IMG/VR virus record: IMGVR_UViG_3300028591_000082
Length of the DNA: 64,000 nucleotides
Source: a virus
Lineage: Duplodnaviria; Caudoviricetes
Reading direction: 5' to 3' (one strand)
Part shown: in pieces, positions 19,059 to 28,859 of the stretch
Layout: each line of letters begins with the position of its first letter
Numbering within the stretch: position 1 is the first letter of the stretch
Made by a program: the position numbers and the translations under genes
Notes under the pieces: model-generated
Told to the model about the DNA's origin: nothing
Databases searched by the model: none
What the model saw: only the letters and a program-made list of their open reading frames with translations

Positions 19059-21767
19059 ATGAATATCTTATCAGGATCAGAATACACACCAAGAAAAATA
19101 TCTCGTGCTCAGAATCAAAATTTAAATACTGAATTAAAAGAAAAAGATTATATAGAAAAAATAAGACCAGATAATTTAACTACTGTAGTACAAGAAGGAA
19201 CTGGTAAAGAAGAGTTTGTAGATGAATTTAGAGTGCTTCTTCAAAACTCAAACATGAAGGCATCTGCTGGTGATGAAGCAACAACTAACGAAATATCAAC
19301 AGGATTTACAAAAGATGAAAAGAAATCAAGATATGAAATAACTGATGAAAATACAAAAAATGGATTATCTGGTGAGCTTAATCAAGTAGAAATAAAAAAT
19401 TTCTCTACAGAAATAACAACAGACCATAAGTTTAAAAAAATAGATGGCGGAATACAAGTAATAGGTGATTATTCTACTGAAAATAATTTAACTGATGGTG
19501 GAGTTGATGACCTTAATTGGGATAATATAACTAGTAGTGATTTTTGGGATAAGTTTGGTGCAGCCGCTGGAAGAACAGCTATTTCAGAAATTCCAGGATT
19601 TAGTGCTGTAGCTGAGGCTACTAATATAATTTATGATGCAGTTAATAAAGCTTTAGGAACAGAAGAAAAAAGTCGTGATGAAACATTTAATGAATTAAAT
19701 AGATCTCTTATAGGTATTGAATCTTTAAAAAGTCAGGCTGATAATAAAAAAGAATATACAAATTCAAAAGTATATAGATTAAATAATAGTATAAATTTTC
19801 CAACTGGAACTGTTGATAGCAATAAATATGGTTCATTACATCAAGACAAAGCATCAAATTGGTTTCAATCTAAAAGAGCAGATAGTGGATTTTGGAAAAG
19901 TCTTGGATTAGATATTTTACAAGGAAGTCTTGGCGCAGCAAATTCTCTTTTAGGTGTTAATATCCCAAATGAAATGGATTTTTGGGAAGTTGGTAGTGAT
20001 ACAGAAGAAACTTTAAATGCTCAAGAGGCTCTTGCATTACAATCTGTAAATTCTCAAAATATTTATAATGAAAAACCTGGTGCTTTTATTAGGCCATTAA
20101 AAGATGAAACATTTAAGCAAGAACATAAAGACCTTTATGAAAATGTTAAAAATTTAAATTTTAATACTAATACTCAATATAATAAAAATGCTGGTAATAG
20201 AGATGATTATTATATAGGATATTTATCAAAAGGTAGTGATTTAGAAAAAAGAAAAAACCCAAATCTTAGTTTTAATATATTTGACCCATATTATGCTGGA
20301 AGATCTAATTATTTTGATAGATTTGAAGCTAAGTCTATTGGTTATATATATGTAGAACCATATTTTAACAAAACTGGAATAAATGTATTTACAATACCAT
20401 TTCAGTTTAATCCAGAAATTTCTGAAGGCTCTATTTCTGCAAAATATTCTACTGAAGAAATTTTAGGAAGAATTACTGCTGCTAGATATTATATAAATAC
20501 AGATAGTCAAGCAACAACAATAAAAGCAAAATATGTTGCAACAAATCAAAATCATGATATTAATTATATAAATAATAATATACCAAGAAGTAACTATATT
20601 GGATTAGATTCTGATTGGTATGAATATTGGACACCAGAAAAATTATCTGAATTAGAAAGAAAATATAGATCTCTTGTTTTTCCATTAAGAGATGGTGATT
20701 ATTTAGTAAAACCACCTATTATTCAGGTTTATATTAATGGTGAAAAAAATATATATGGATTAGAAACTGTAGAAAATGTTTTGTCATACCCTCTTGCATC
20801 AAGTGGCGAATATTTAATAGATGGTAAATCAACTGCAAAATCATCATATGAAACATATGGTGGGAAACCAGTTTTTGAGCATACAAAAGTATTTGATGAT
20901 AGTATTGAAAAGGAAAGTGACGGACAAATAGGCGGTCTTGGAAATGTAAAAAGATTCATAGTTACAGATGTAAAAATAGAAGATGTAGAAAATACAAACG
21001 GCTGGAATTATGACACCAAAACAAGTTTTAAAAGAGGATTTACAGTTACATTAACTCTTGCAGAAACTACAAGAAACTTTTTGGATCAAGTTCCAGATTT
21101 TAAAGCATATTATGATGCATTTGAAACAAGAAGAATTACAAATGAAGAATCTTATAAAGTAGCTGGAGAAAATGATTATTATGTTAGAGTTCCTTCAGAA
21201 AGTGAAAGTAGCAGCGTTAAATATGAATATGGTTCTGGAAATTCATATTTTGATTTTGTAGCAAATAAAGGAAAAGCTACTAGCGATATTGATAACGCAA
21301 GAGCAGAACTTGAAGAACAACAAGATACTCTTGATAATGCAAAGGACAAAAGGGAAAACTATAAGAAAGGGTTAGAAGGAGAAAAATCATATAAGAAAGA
21401 AAAAGAAGAGCAATTAAAAAATACAAACAAAACAATAAAAGAAAAAAATAAAGCATATGATGATTTAACAAAACAAATTAACAATGCAAATAATGATCAG
21501 GCAACAATAGATGCTCTTACTCAAAAAAGAGATGGTGTATATAATGAACTTATTGATTTGTATGGTGAAAGATCATCTTTGGAAACAAGTATTTCTACAG
21601 CTGATACTGAAATTTCTACGTTTAATAATATTATAAGTGGATTAGATACTGAAATTTCAGGTTACAATAGTGATATAAAAACACAAAAAAATGTTGTAAA
21701 GCAGATGGTAAATAATTATAATAATATAATTACTAAAAATCCATATTTTGCTTTGATTGATGAATAG
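19059..21767 (+). CDS. tail tube initiator/baseplate protein with C-terminal coiled coil
   Basis: IPFQFNPEISEG...ILGR...KPPII tube-like motif; follows the tape measure. Confidence 0.6.
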   Translation: MNILSGSEYTPRKISRAQNQNLNTELKEKDYIEKIRPDNLTTVVQEGTGKEEFVDEFRVLLQNSNMKASAGDEATTNEISTGFTKDEKKSRYEITDENTKNGLSGELNQVEIKNFSTEITTDHKFKKIDGGIQVIGDYSTENNLTDGGVDDLNWDNITSSDFWDKFGAAAGRTAISEIPGFSAVAEATNIIYDAVNKALGTEEKSRDETFNELNRSLIGIESLKSQADNKKEYTNSKVYRLNNSINFPTGTVDSNKYGSLHQDKASNWFQSKRADSGFWKSLGLDILQGSLGAANSLLGVNIPNEMDFWEVGSDTEETLNAQEALALQSVNSQNIYNEKPGAFIRPLKDETFKQEHKDLYENVKNLNFNTNTQYNKNAGNRDDYYIGYLSKGSDLEKRKNPNLSFNIFDPYYAGRSNYFDRFEAKSIGYIYVEPYFNKTGINVFTIPFQFNPEISEGSISAKYSTEEILGRITAARYYINTDSQATTIKAKYVATNQNHDINYINNNIPRSNYIGLDSDWYEYWTPEKLSELERKYRSLVFPLRDGDYLVKPPIIQVYINGEKNIYGLETVENVLSYPLASSGEYLIDGKSTAKSSYETYGGKPVFEHTKVFDDSIEKESDGQIGGLGNVKRFIVTDVKIEDVENTNGWNYDTKTSFKRGFTVTLTLAETTRNFLDQVPDFKAYYDAFETRRITNEESYKVAGENDYYVRVPSESESSSVKYEYGSGNSYFDFVANKGKATSDIDNARAELEEQQDTLDNAKDKRENYKKGLEGEKSYKKEKEEQLKNTNKTIKEKNKAYDDLTKQINNANNDQATIDALTQKRDGVYNELIDLYGERSSLETSISTADTEISTFNNIISGLDTEISGYNSDIKTQKNVVKQMVNNYNNIITKNPYFALIDE

Positions 21768-21778
21768 GAATTTGTAAT

Positions 21779-22087
21779 ATGAATAAATATAGTTTTATAA
21801 AAAATATATACTCAAAAGAATTAAATGAAAATATAAAAGGTTTTCTTAATGGTGATACTATAAAAAAACTTAGAGAGGATCCATTAGCTACAATTGGGTA
21901 TGTAAAGTTAGGTTTAGAATATAGGCCAGATAAAATTTCTGCTTATTACTATGGAAGTACAGAATATGACTGGGTAATAGTTGCTGTTAATACAACTAAT
22001 GGAATTCAAGACTTGACATTTGGAAAAAAGCTTGTTATACCTTCTGTTGATAAAATAGTTACATTGGGAGTTGGCAATGCTATATAA
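21779..22087 (+). CDS. baseplate wedge LysM/gp53-like protein
   Basis: EYRPDKISAYYYGSTEYDWVIVAVN...GKKLVIP. Confidence 0.8.
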   Translation: MNKYSFIKNIYSKELNENIKGFLNGDTIKKLREDPLATIGYVKLGLEYRPDKISAYYYGSTEYDWVIVAVNTTNGIQDLTFGKKLVIPSVDKIVTLGVGNAI

Positions 22088-23165
22088 AGCAAGAGTTATT
22101 TCTAACAATGAATTTGCTCAAACTGGAAAAATAAAAGTAAGAATTTTTAAAAATACTATGCCAGAATTATGGAAAGATTTGTCATTAATTCCAGATTCTA
22201 TTAAAAAAGGAAATAGTATACTTAAAAATGATTATGGATTTAAAGTAAAATCTAGCGAGGATGAAGCATATGTATTCTCAATGTATGGTGGAGGAAATGA
22301 TTTTGGTTTCTTTGCTCTTCCACAACCTAATTCGTTAGGTATCGTTTCAACGATAGAAAATGAAACTAATGAAAGACTAATAGAATACGTATGGCTTGGC
22401 TCTGTTTCTTTTATGAATGGAACATCAATAAATCTTCCATCGAATAATGAAAAGGATAAAAATGGAGTAGCAAAAGGCTCAAACTCTATTTCACCAGATG
22501 GATTTGTTATTAAAACAAAAAAAACAAATTATTTAAATTATAATTCTGTAAAGTCAGAAGATTTAGATTTTGCAAACAAACCATTTACTAATCTTATCGC
22601 GGTTACTGATAAAGGAATAGAGCTTTATTATAGAAATGCAACGAGTACAAAAAATGGACCAAAAATTCTTGGAACATCTAAAGTAAAAATTGACATGGCT
22701 GGTCTTACTGGAGAATTTTATCCATACAAAGATAATTCTCCAGATACAGATACTTGTTCTAAATTTTATATAAAACCAAATGGAGAAGTTCAGCTTGAAA
22801 GACACAAAAAAGATCAGGCAAGTTGTACTATAAAAACTGGATCTGAAGTTGATAATATAAATAATAAAGAAGTTGGAGTTATAAGACTTTCTGTAAATGG
22901 AAAAAATATATCATCTGACTTAAAGTTACAGGATAATTCTATTGAGTGTGCTGTAAATGGAAATAGCTTGCAATTATCTGCAGAGAATGGTATAATAGTA
23001 ACTGCAGCAAAAGATAAAACTATTTCATTTGAAGCAGATAGAATAAATCTTGGACCAAATAATAAATCAGTTGTTCTTGTAGATAACGCTTTTGCAGAAA
23101 AATATCCTTCTGGATTTAGACCAGATGGTGTTATATTCTTCGCTTCAGGTGTAACAAAAGGATAA
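22077..23165 (+). CDS. baseplate central spike (gp5/gpV-like OB-fold plus beta repeats)
   Basis: ARVISNN...GKIKVRI, GFFALPQPNS, VWLGS and a beta-rich C-terminus. Confidence 0.75.
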   Translation: MLYKARVISNNEFAQTGKIKVRIFKNTMPELWKDLSLIPDSIKKGNSILKNDYGFKVKSSEDEAYVFSMYGGGNDFGFFALPQPNSLGIVSTIENETNERLIEYVWLGSVSFMNGTSINLPSNNEKDKNGVAKGSNSISPDGFVIKTKKTNYLNYNSVKSEDLDFANKPFTNLIAVTDKGIELYYRNATSTKNGPKILGTSKVKIDMAGLTGEFYPYKDNSPDTDTCSKFYIKPNGEVQLERHKKDQASCTIKTGSEVDNINNKEVGVIRLSVNGKNISSDLKLQDNSIECAVNGNSLQLSAENGIIVTAAKDKTISFEADRINLGPNNKSVVLVDNAFAEKYPSGFRPDGVIFFASGVTKG

Positions 23166-23180
23166 TAAAAGGAGAAATAA

Positions 23181-23366
23181 ATGGAAAAGGAGTATGGATT
23201 TAGTTTTAGTGCTAATGAAGCACAAATCCTTGTAGACGGCCTTAGTGAATTACCGCTAAAGAAAGGCCTGGCAGTTCTGCAAAAACTTCAAAATCAGTTT
23301 AACAACCAAAGTGAAAAAACTGAAGAAGTTGATAAGCAGGAAGAAGTTTTAACCGAAGAAAAATAA
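23181..23366 (+). CDS. small hypothetical protein
   Basis: 61 aa; AAGGAG RBS. Confidence 0.65.
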   Translation: MEKEYGFSFSANEAQILVDGLSELPLKKGLAVLQKLQNQFNNQSEKTEEVDKQEEVLTEEK

Positions 23367-23378
23367 GTCCTGAGAAGC

Positions 23379-23411
23379 AAAAAGCCACTGGAATTCCAGT
23401 GGCTTTTTTTT
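23379..23411. terminator. bidirectional rho-independent terminator
   Basis: AAAAAGCCACTGG-aatt-CCAGTGGCTTTTT between convergent genes. Confidence 0.85.
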
Positions 23412-23433
23412 GGTTTAGTGATTGATTTTTTTA

Positions 23434-24066
23434 TTAGAATACTGCGTCTATTACATCTTTAAGGGATTTATTTGTATTAACTTCTTCTTTTACAACTTTT
23501 TCTTCGTAAACTGTATCAGAAACAGCTTCTTGACAAGAAGGAGTACCTACAACATCAATGGAAATAATTTTACATGGTCCAACTACTTCTTTAATGTCTT
23601 CTGTTAAAGGAATACCAAGTTCTGCTTTTGTCTGCTCTGACATTGGTTTTGTTTTTCCAGTCATTCTTGTAGAGAAACAAATCTTAAAACCAGATTTTGC
23701 AAGACCTTCTACAACTTTCCCAGCTTCTGTAAGCGTTGGAACTGCTTTACCACTGATTATACCAGTGTCTTCATCCCATTTGAATTCTGGGAATGTTACA
23801 GCAATTCTTTCAAGATTTACATGAGCATCTTTTGCATGTTCAAGTTCTCCAAAAATTGGTTGACCAGTTTTTTTACTTCTTCCAACTGCTTCATTATATG
23901 TTTCTCTTAAAAGACTTTTTCTATAAACTCTTTTGTTTCCATTTACTTTATCAGCTTCGGATAAAATACCCTTAAACGCAATACGCTTTTGTCCTTCTCC
24001 GATTTCTTCTTCTACGATTTCTACTTCGCTATTTTCAACGAATTCTTCAGTTAGCAATTCTTCCAT
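23434..24066 (-). CDS. gp21: prohead protease (T4 gp21-like)
   Basis: FKGILSEADKVNGNKRVY, FGELEH, FSTR, IDVVGTPS. Confidence 0.9.
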   Translation of the reverse strand: MEELLTEEFVENSEVEIVEEEIGEGQKRIAFKGILSEADKVNGNKRVYRKSLLRETYNEAVGRSKKTGQPIFGELEHAKDAHVNLERIAVTFPEFKWDEDTGIISGKAVPTLTEAGKVVEGLAKSGFKICFSTRMTGKTKPMSEQTKAELGIPLTEDIKEVVGPCKIISIDVVGTPSCQEAVSDTVYEEKVVKEEVNTNKSLKDVIDAVF

Positions 24067-24080
24067 AAATTACCTCTATT

Positions 24081-24695
24081 TTAACTTTTTTCAGTTATTA
24101 CTAGCATTCTTTTTTTGTTACATTTTCTAAAATCATCAAAACTAAATGTTTCTAAATTTCCTCCATTTTTGTTTCTAGGATTTTTACCCCAAGGGTCATA
24201 GTATACAAAACCTTTATCATTAATATCAACAATTGTTATATAATGTCCAGTAGTTTTTTCATCTTCATATGATAAAACTATTGCAGAATTTGAGCTCTTG
24301 ATTATAGTTTTAGCCATAGTTTCAAGCTCTCTTTGAGTATCTGTATAGAATGTTCTTGCTGTAACATGTGCTATTTTTTCTGCTGCATATCTTAAATTCT
24401 CAAGATATTCATTTTCGCACATTCCATCTCCATGTTCTGGCATATCTTTTTCATTCTGATATATATAACAGAATAATAAATCTGCCTGAGACATAACATT
24501 TTTACCTTCAATTTGCGGAAGTTTTACATAAAACTTGTTATTTACTGCTTCAATTGCGCAGCAAACAGCATTTACATTGCAAGTTTCAAGGTGAAAATTT
24601 ACCTGTTTTTGAACTCTTAAATCATAAAGAAATTTCTCTATAATTCTGTTTGTTTGTTCATATCTAATATTTTCGTTCTTATATTTAGCCGCCAT
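24081..24695 (-). CDS. C39-like papain-fold cysteine peptidase
   Basis: Q..ETCNVNAV (catalytic Cys), GHYITIV (His), YYDPWG (Asp). Confidence 0.75.
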   Translation of the reverse strand: MAAKYKNENIRYEQTNRIIEKFLYDLRVQKQVNFHLETCNVNAVCCAIEAVNNKFYVKLPQIEGKNVMSQADLLFCYIYQNEKDMPEHGDGMCENEYLENLRYAAEKIAHVTARTFYTDTQRELETMAKTIIKSSNSAIVLSYEDEKTTGHYITIVDINDKGFVYYDPWGKNPRNKNGGNLETFSFDDFRKCNKKRMLVITEKS

Positions 24696-24744
24696 ATAAT
24701 TAGCTTAATTAATGGAAAAAGTTAAAATTATAATGGAGATAGAT

Positions 24745-25233
24745 ATGACTCTAAGACAATTACTTGATAACATTCAGTATGGCGAAGAATACATGAAAAA
24801 GGAAGCAAACAAGAAGGCAATACTTGAAAATTATGATGAAGAAATAGATATGCTTAAAGCATCTTCAAGAATTAGAAGTATTGCTAGAAACACGGTTCTC
24901 GAAGAGGATGTAGCGAAAAAAGTTGAAAGACTTTGCGTTAAGCTTGAATCTTTTGAAGAAAAAATAAATGATAATAAAGAAATTTCTCCAGCTTATAAGA
25001 AGATGCAGTGTTCTGCAATTATGGAAAGCTGTAATGATCTTATTAAAGAAATAGATGGCTATAAGAGAAATTCAGATGTTCAAAAGAAAGAAGGTATTGC
25101 TAAAATTGTAGCAGATGCAAATTTCTTTGTTAAAAATTATATTGATTCACAGGCAGTAATGAATGAATCTAAGAATCCTCTTTTTGCCTCATATATTAAT
25201 GAAGAAAAGAAACAACTCGAAGAATATCTTTAA
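24745..25233 (+). CDS. hypothetical protein, probable head internal protein
   Basis: ATG at 24745 after GGAG; MTLRQLLDNIQYGEE leader; several L/I-x-E sites; AAGTTAA at 24719-24725. Confidence 0.6.
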   Translation: MTLRQLLDNIQYGEEYMKKEANKKAILENYDEEIDMLKASSRIRSIARNTVLEEDVAKKVERLCVKLESFEEKINDNKEISPAYKKMQCSAIMESCNDLIKEIDGYKRNSDVQKKEGIAKIVADANFFVKNYIDSQAVMNESKNPLFASYINEEKKQLEEYL

Positions 25234-25239
25234 TTTAAG

Positions 25240-25267
25240 TTGACAAAAGAAAAGAAACTGATAAAAT
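25240..25267 (+). promoter_or_regulatory. sigma70-type promoter of the AKR-radical SAM operon
   Basis: TTGACA-16 bp-TAAAAT with TG extended -10. Confidence 0.7.
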
Positions 25268-25287
25268 AAAAAGAAAAAGGAGTTAAA

Positions 25288-26199
25288 ATGGAACTAAAAG
25301 ATATCTCTAGAATTGGTCTAGGTGGGTGCGAATTACCAGAAAACCAAGAAAGAGCCAATGAACTTATCTCTTATGCATTAAAAAATGGTATAAACTTTTT
25401 TGACCAGGGCTGGGGATATGGTGGGGCCGAACATAAATCAGAAAATATTCTTGGAACTTTCTTGGCAGAAAATCCAAAAATAAGAGAAAATATTATGCTT
25501 TGTGATAAATTACCTATGTATGAAGAACTTTATAATAAGTTTGGATATGATGGTGATAACATAGAAGAAGTTTTTGATAAATTATTTGAAAAGCAGCTTG
25601 AATGTTTAAATACTGATTATCTTGACATTTATATGCTTCATGCGCTTGATGATAATAAGTTTATGACAGAAGATAAATATATTGCTGCCATTAAGTGGAT
25701 GCAGAAAAAAAAGTTTGAAGGAAAAATTAAGCATATAGGCTTTTCTGCGCATATAGATCTTTACAAACTTAATTACTATATTGATTTATTTGAAAAAAAT
25801 TTTGGCAAAGGTATTGTAGATACTGCAATGCTTACATATAATATATTTAGTGGTTCAGATTGGGTAACAGAACAAACTGGAATTAATGTATGGACAAATC
25901 CTGGAAAAAAAGGAATTGAGTTATGTAAAGAGCATGGGATTACAGTTATTTCAATGATGCCTCTTGAAAGCGGAAGAGCTCTTGAAGTATCACATGATAA
26001 AACATTTACAGATTGGTGTTATAAATTTATTTTTGATAATAAGTTTATCACTTCTACTCTTTCTGGCACATCAAATATAAAACATTTACAGCAAATAATA
26101 GATGTATATAACGCAAATCATAATATTTTAAAAAAGCCAGAAGAAAAAACTGTTAGTAAAAAATTTTCAAAGAAAGTAATTAAAAAGGAGAGCAAGTAA
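25288..26199 (+). CDS. aldo/keto reductase
   Basis: SRIGLG, GINFFD.GWGY..SE..LG, DKLP, LNTDYLDIYMLH, GKIKHIGFSAH. Confidence 0.92.
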   Translation: MELKDISRIGLGGCELPENQERANELISYALKNGINFFDQGWGYGGAEHKSENILGTFLAENPKIRENIMLCDKLPMYEELYNKFGYDGDNIEEVFDKLFEKQLECLNTDYLDIYMLHALDDNKFMTEDKYIAAIKWMQKKKFEGKIKHIGFSAHIDLYKLNYYIDLFEKNFGKGIVDTAMLTYNIFSGSDWVTEQTGINVWTNPGKKGIELCKEHGITVISMMPLESGRALEVSHDKTFTDWCYKFIFDNKFITSTLSGTSNIKHLQQIIDVYNANHNILKKPEEKTVSKKFSKKVIKKESK

Positions 26200-27398
26200 T
26201 GGAATTTTCAATAAATTTATTTGGCGGTTGCAAATGTAATGCAATGTGTAGTTATTGTTCTGCTCACCTTATTGAGGAAGAAAATCCAGTTGTAGATCTT
26301 GATGCAATTATTAAAACAATGAAAAGTAATAAAGGTATACAAGAAGGTTTAAAAAGTGGTGATAAATTAAATATTAATTTTTGGGGAGGAGAGCCACTTA
26401 TTCATACAAAGTGGTTTGATCCAATAATTGATAGACTCGAAGATGAATTTGGTGATAAAATAGAAAGCTATTTTATTTCTACAAATGGTATACCTATCGC
26501 AGATAAAAAAGTTGTTGATTGGATTTATGCACTTAATAAAAGAAGAAAAATAGGGATCCAACTTTCGCATGATGGACTTGGTCAATATCATAGAACAAAA
26601 TGGTTTGATCCTCTTTTCTCAGAAAGTACTTGTGATACATTTGTAAAACTTGCAAAAGATGGTATTTTTACTCTTATAAATTGTACAATGTCTTCAAAGA
26701 ATCCATCTATGCTTGCAAATATGTTTTATTTTAATAAATGGTTATTCGATCATGATCTTACAGATAAGGTAGATATTAAATTAAATCATATTAATGATTC
26801 AGATTACTGTTCTGAATTTGACTTTAATGGTGAGGAACTCGATACATATATTCATGAAGCAGAACTTGTGTTTATGGATACATATGCGCTTGTAAAAAAA
26901 TATGGCGAACCAAAAGGTTTCGGAGATCCAAGAGGTGGAAATACACAAAATTTCCCAGCTTGGTGGAGACCATATGCTGGATATTTTAATAATCAGCTTA
27001 TGAGAGATGATTTATATCAGATGCCAGGTGGATGTGGGCAGTTTGCTATAGGAATGAGAGATGAGACTTGGTGTATCAATACAAAAGGTGAATATGTAGC
27101 CTGCCAACTTTGGGATACAAACGATGGTATTCAGAATATGAAACTTGAGATGCCAGCTTATTGTGATGATTGCGAATATAAGATTTATAACGAATGCCAT
27201 CCTTGTCCAAATAATACTTATCCAAAAGAAAAATGTTCTTATCATAAAGCATTTATAAGAATGATTCTTAGAATAAAAGAAATGAGAGCATTATTTGATA
27301 ATGCAATAAAAGATGCAATTAATAATTGTAATTGTAATTGTGGCTGCAATGGCAATGGTAATTGTAATTGTGGAGATGAATGTAATTCATATAGATAA
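26199..27398 (+). CDS. radical SAM/SPASM-domain peptide or protein maturase
   Basis: CNAMCSYC (CxxxCxxC), FWGGEPL, STNG, LSHDG; SPASM GC...INTKGEYVAC...CDDC...CHPCP; Cys/Asn/Gly tail. Confidence 0.92.
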   Translation: MEFSINLFGGCKCNAMCSYCSAHLIEEENPVVDLDAIIKTMKSNKGIQEGLKSGDKLNINFWGGEPLIHTKWFDPIIDRLEDEFGDKIESYFISTNGIPIADKKVVDWIYALNKRRKIGIQLSHDGLGQYHRTKWFDPLFSESTCDTFVKLAKDGIFTLINCTMSSKNPSMLANMFYFNKWLFDHDLTDKVDIKLNHINDSDYCSEFDFNGEELDTYIHEAELVFMDTYALVKKYGEPKGFGDPRGGNTQNFPAWWRPYAGYFNNQLMRDDLYQMPGGCGQFAIGMRDETWCINTKGEYVACQLWDTNDGIQNMKLEMPAYCDDCEYKIYNECHPCPNNTYPKEKCSYHKAFIRMILRIKEMRALFDNAIKDAINNCNCNCGCNGNGNCNCGDECNSYR

Positions 27399-27491
27399 AT
27401 GATTACTTTAGATAAACAAATAAAGTTTGGAAATTCTTATTTTTCTCAACAAACAAATACAATTAAAGTAGATAATAATAATATAAAATAA
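27399..27491 (+). pseudogene. orphan N-terminal leader of a Cys-rich precursor paralog (30 aa)
   Basis: MITLDKQIKFGNSYFSQQTNTIKVDNNNIK* resembles MIILSNKLKFNDS...GTNTIKF of the 28856 ORF; ATG directly follows the rSAM stop. Confidence 0.55.
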
Positions 27492-27494
27492 GTT

Positions 27495-28325
27495 ATGGAT
27501 GAAAAAAAAATAGAATTTATAAAAAATAAACTTGTTGTCAAGCTTATGACAACAAGTGGTAATATTTTATTTCCACTAAAAAATTTACTTGAAATGCCAT
27601 CTAAAACAGAAGATGGAAAAAATATATATACATTTATATGTTTTGAGTTTCCAAATGATGAGTGTTATTATAGCAAAAAATATGTAAAAAAATGTATGAT
27701 GTCTTGGTCTAAAAAATTTGGATACATAAGAATAATACTTATACCAATAATTCAATGTATTAATATTTCAGAATGGACAAAAAAAACTTATGTTAGAAGA
27801 TGCTATCCTACAGATTCATTAAGAATGCTTTTTATAAGTATGTTTGATAATTGTATATATGTAGATACAGACTGTTTTATTTCCGAAGAGTTTGACGAAA
27901 GCGTATTTGATAAATATGATTGTTTTATTGCTAATAATTGTCCAGGAACAATGACTTGGAATAAACATAAAAATAATAAAAAGTTTATTGAATATTTTGA
28001 CCATTATGAAGAATTAGCAAAAAATATAAAAGATCCAATGGAAAAATATGTTAATGATAATGGAGATTGTACTGTATTTGGAGACTTTGGAAAGAATTTA
28101 ATTACGCCAGTAAATATTACTGGTGTAGATCATTTTTCATTAACATGGTCACTTATGTGGGCTAATAAAAATAAAAAATTTTATTTATCTACATCTAATG
28201 AAAATTGCAAATTTAATTTTTCAAAAGATGCAATGGGTGCTTGGATTGATTATTGTTTTGATAGGGATTATTCAGATTATATAATTCCTACTGATATTGA
28301 TTGTGAATTAATAGGATTTGTATAA
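27495..28325 (+). CDS. glycosyltransferase, GT32/OCH1-like DXD family
   Basis: KKCMMSWSKK, PTDSLRMLFI, CIYVDTDC. Confidence 0.75.
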   Translation: MDEKKIEFIKNKLVVKLMTTSGNILFPLKNLLEMPSKTEDGKNIYTFICFEFPNDECYYSKKYVKKCMMSWSKKFGYIRIILIPIIQCINISEWTKKTYVRRCYPTDSLRMLFISMFDNCIYVDTDCFISEEFDESVFDKYDCFIANNCPGTMTWNKHKNNKKFIEYFDHYEELAKNIKDPMEKYVNDNGDCTVFGDFGKNLITPVNITGVDHFSLTWSLMWANKNKKFYLSTSNENCKFNFSKDAMGAWIDYCFDRDYSDYIIPTDIDCELIGFV

Positions 28326-28331
28326 TATAGA

Positions 28332-28430
28332 TTAATATTTGCTGTAACAATTATATATACAAATTTGGTATGCATCTACGCAAGATATATTACATCCAAC
28401 ACATTTATTATCACAAGTTGCGCATCCATA
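28332..28430 (-). pseudogene. inverted orphan Cys-rich core (32 codons plus stop)
   Basis: minus strand reads YGCATCDNKCVGCNISCVDAYQICIYNCYSKY*, same CxxC/CxxxC periodicity as the adjacent precursors; no credible start of its own. Confidence 0.75.
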
Positions 28431-28442
28431 TAAGATAATTAT

Positions 28443-28859
28443 GTGATAACAGTTGGCAAAACACAAGACAGAATTGGTAATGAAAATAATAGTTCTCTTA
28501 TATTTTTAGGTAATACTAATAATACAACATTTTTAAAGGAAGATGGCGGTCAAGCTTTTTTTGATGAAAATAATATAAGTGATACGATTATTGCTAAAGG
28601 AAAGGTTACAAAAACCACAAATTCTGGCTTTATAAATGACAAAAAATTTTATACTTGTAATGCAAATGCTCAAACTTATTTATGTTTTAGATGCGTTGAT
28701 GAATGTGTGAGTTGTAATAGTTGTTTAAATTGTAATGGATGTCACACCAAATGTAATTCTTGCCAAGGATGTGATGATACATGTTATGGCTGTAATTTAT
28801 GCAATAGTTGTAATGGATGCAATAGTTGTAATTCATATTGGAATGGAGCTGGAAGATGA
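28443..28859 (+). CDS. Cys-rich CxxC-repeat protein, putative radical SAM substrate
   Basis: about 70 aa Cys-free N-terminus, then 17 Cys mostly in CxxC spacing. Confidence 0.85.
   Translation: MITVGKTQDRIGNENNSSLIFLGNTNNTTFLKEDGGQAFFDENNISDTIIAKGKVTKTTNSGFINDKKFYTCNANAQTYLCFRCVDECVSCNSCLNCNGCHTKCNSCQGCDDTCYGCNLCNSCNGCNSCNSYWNGAGR

Noticed and set aside
28332..28466. Orphan core as an independent 44 aa gene from TTG at 28466 (-)
   Set aside because: The start lies antisense inside the 28443 gene with no SD or promoter motif; treated as start-less, though not formally excluded
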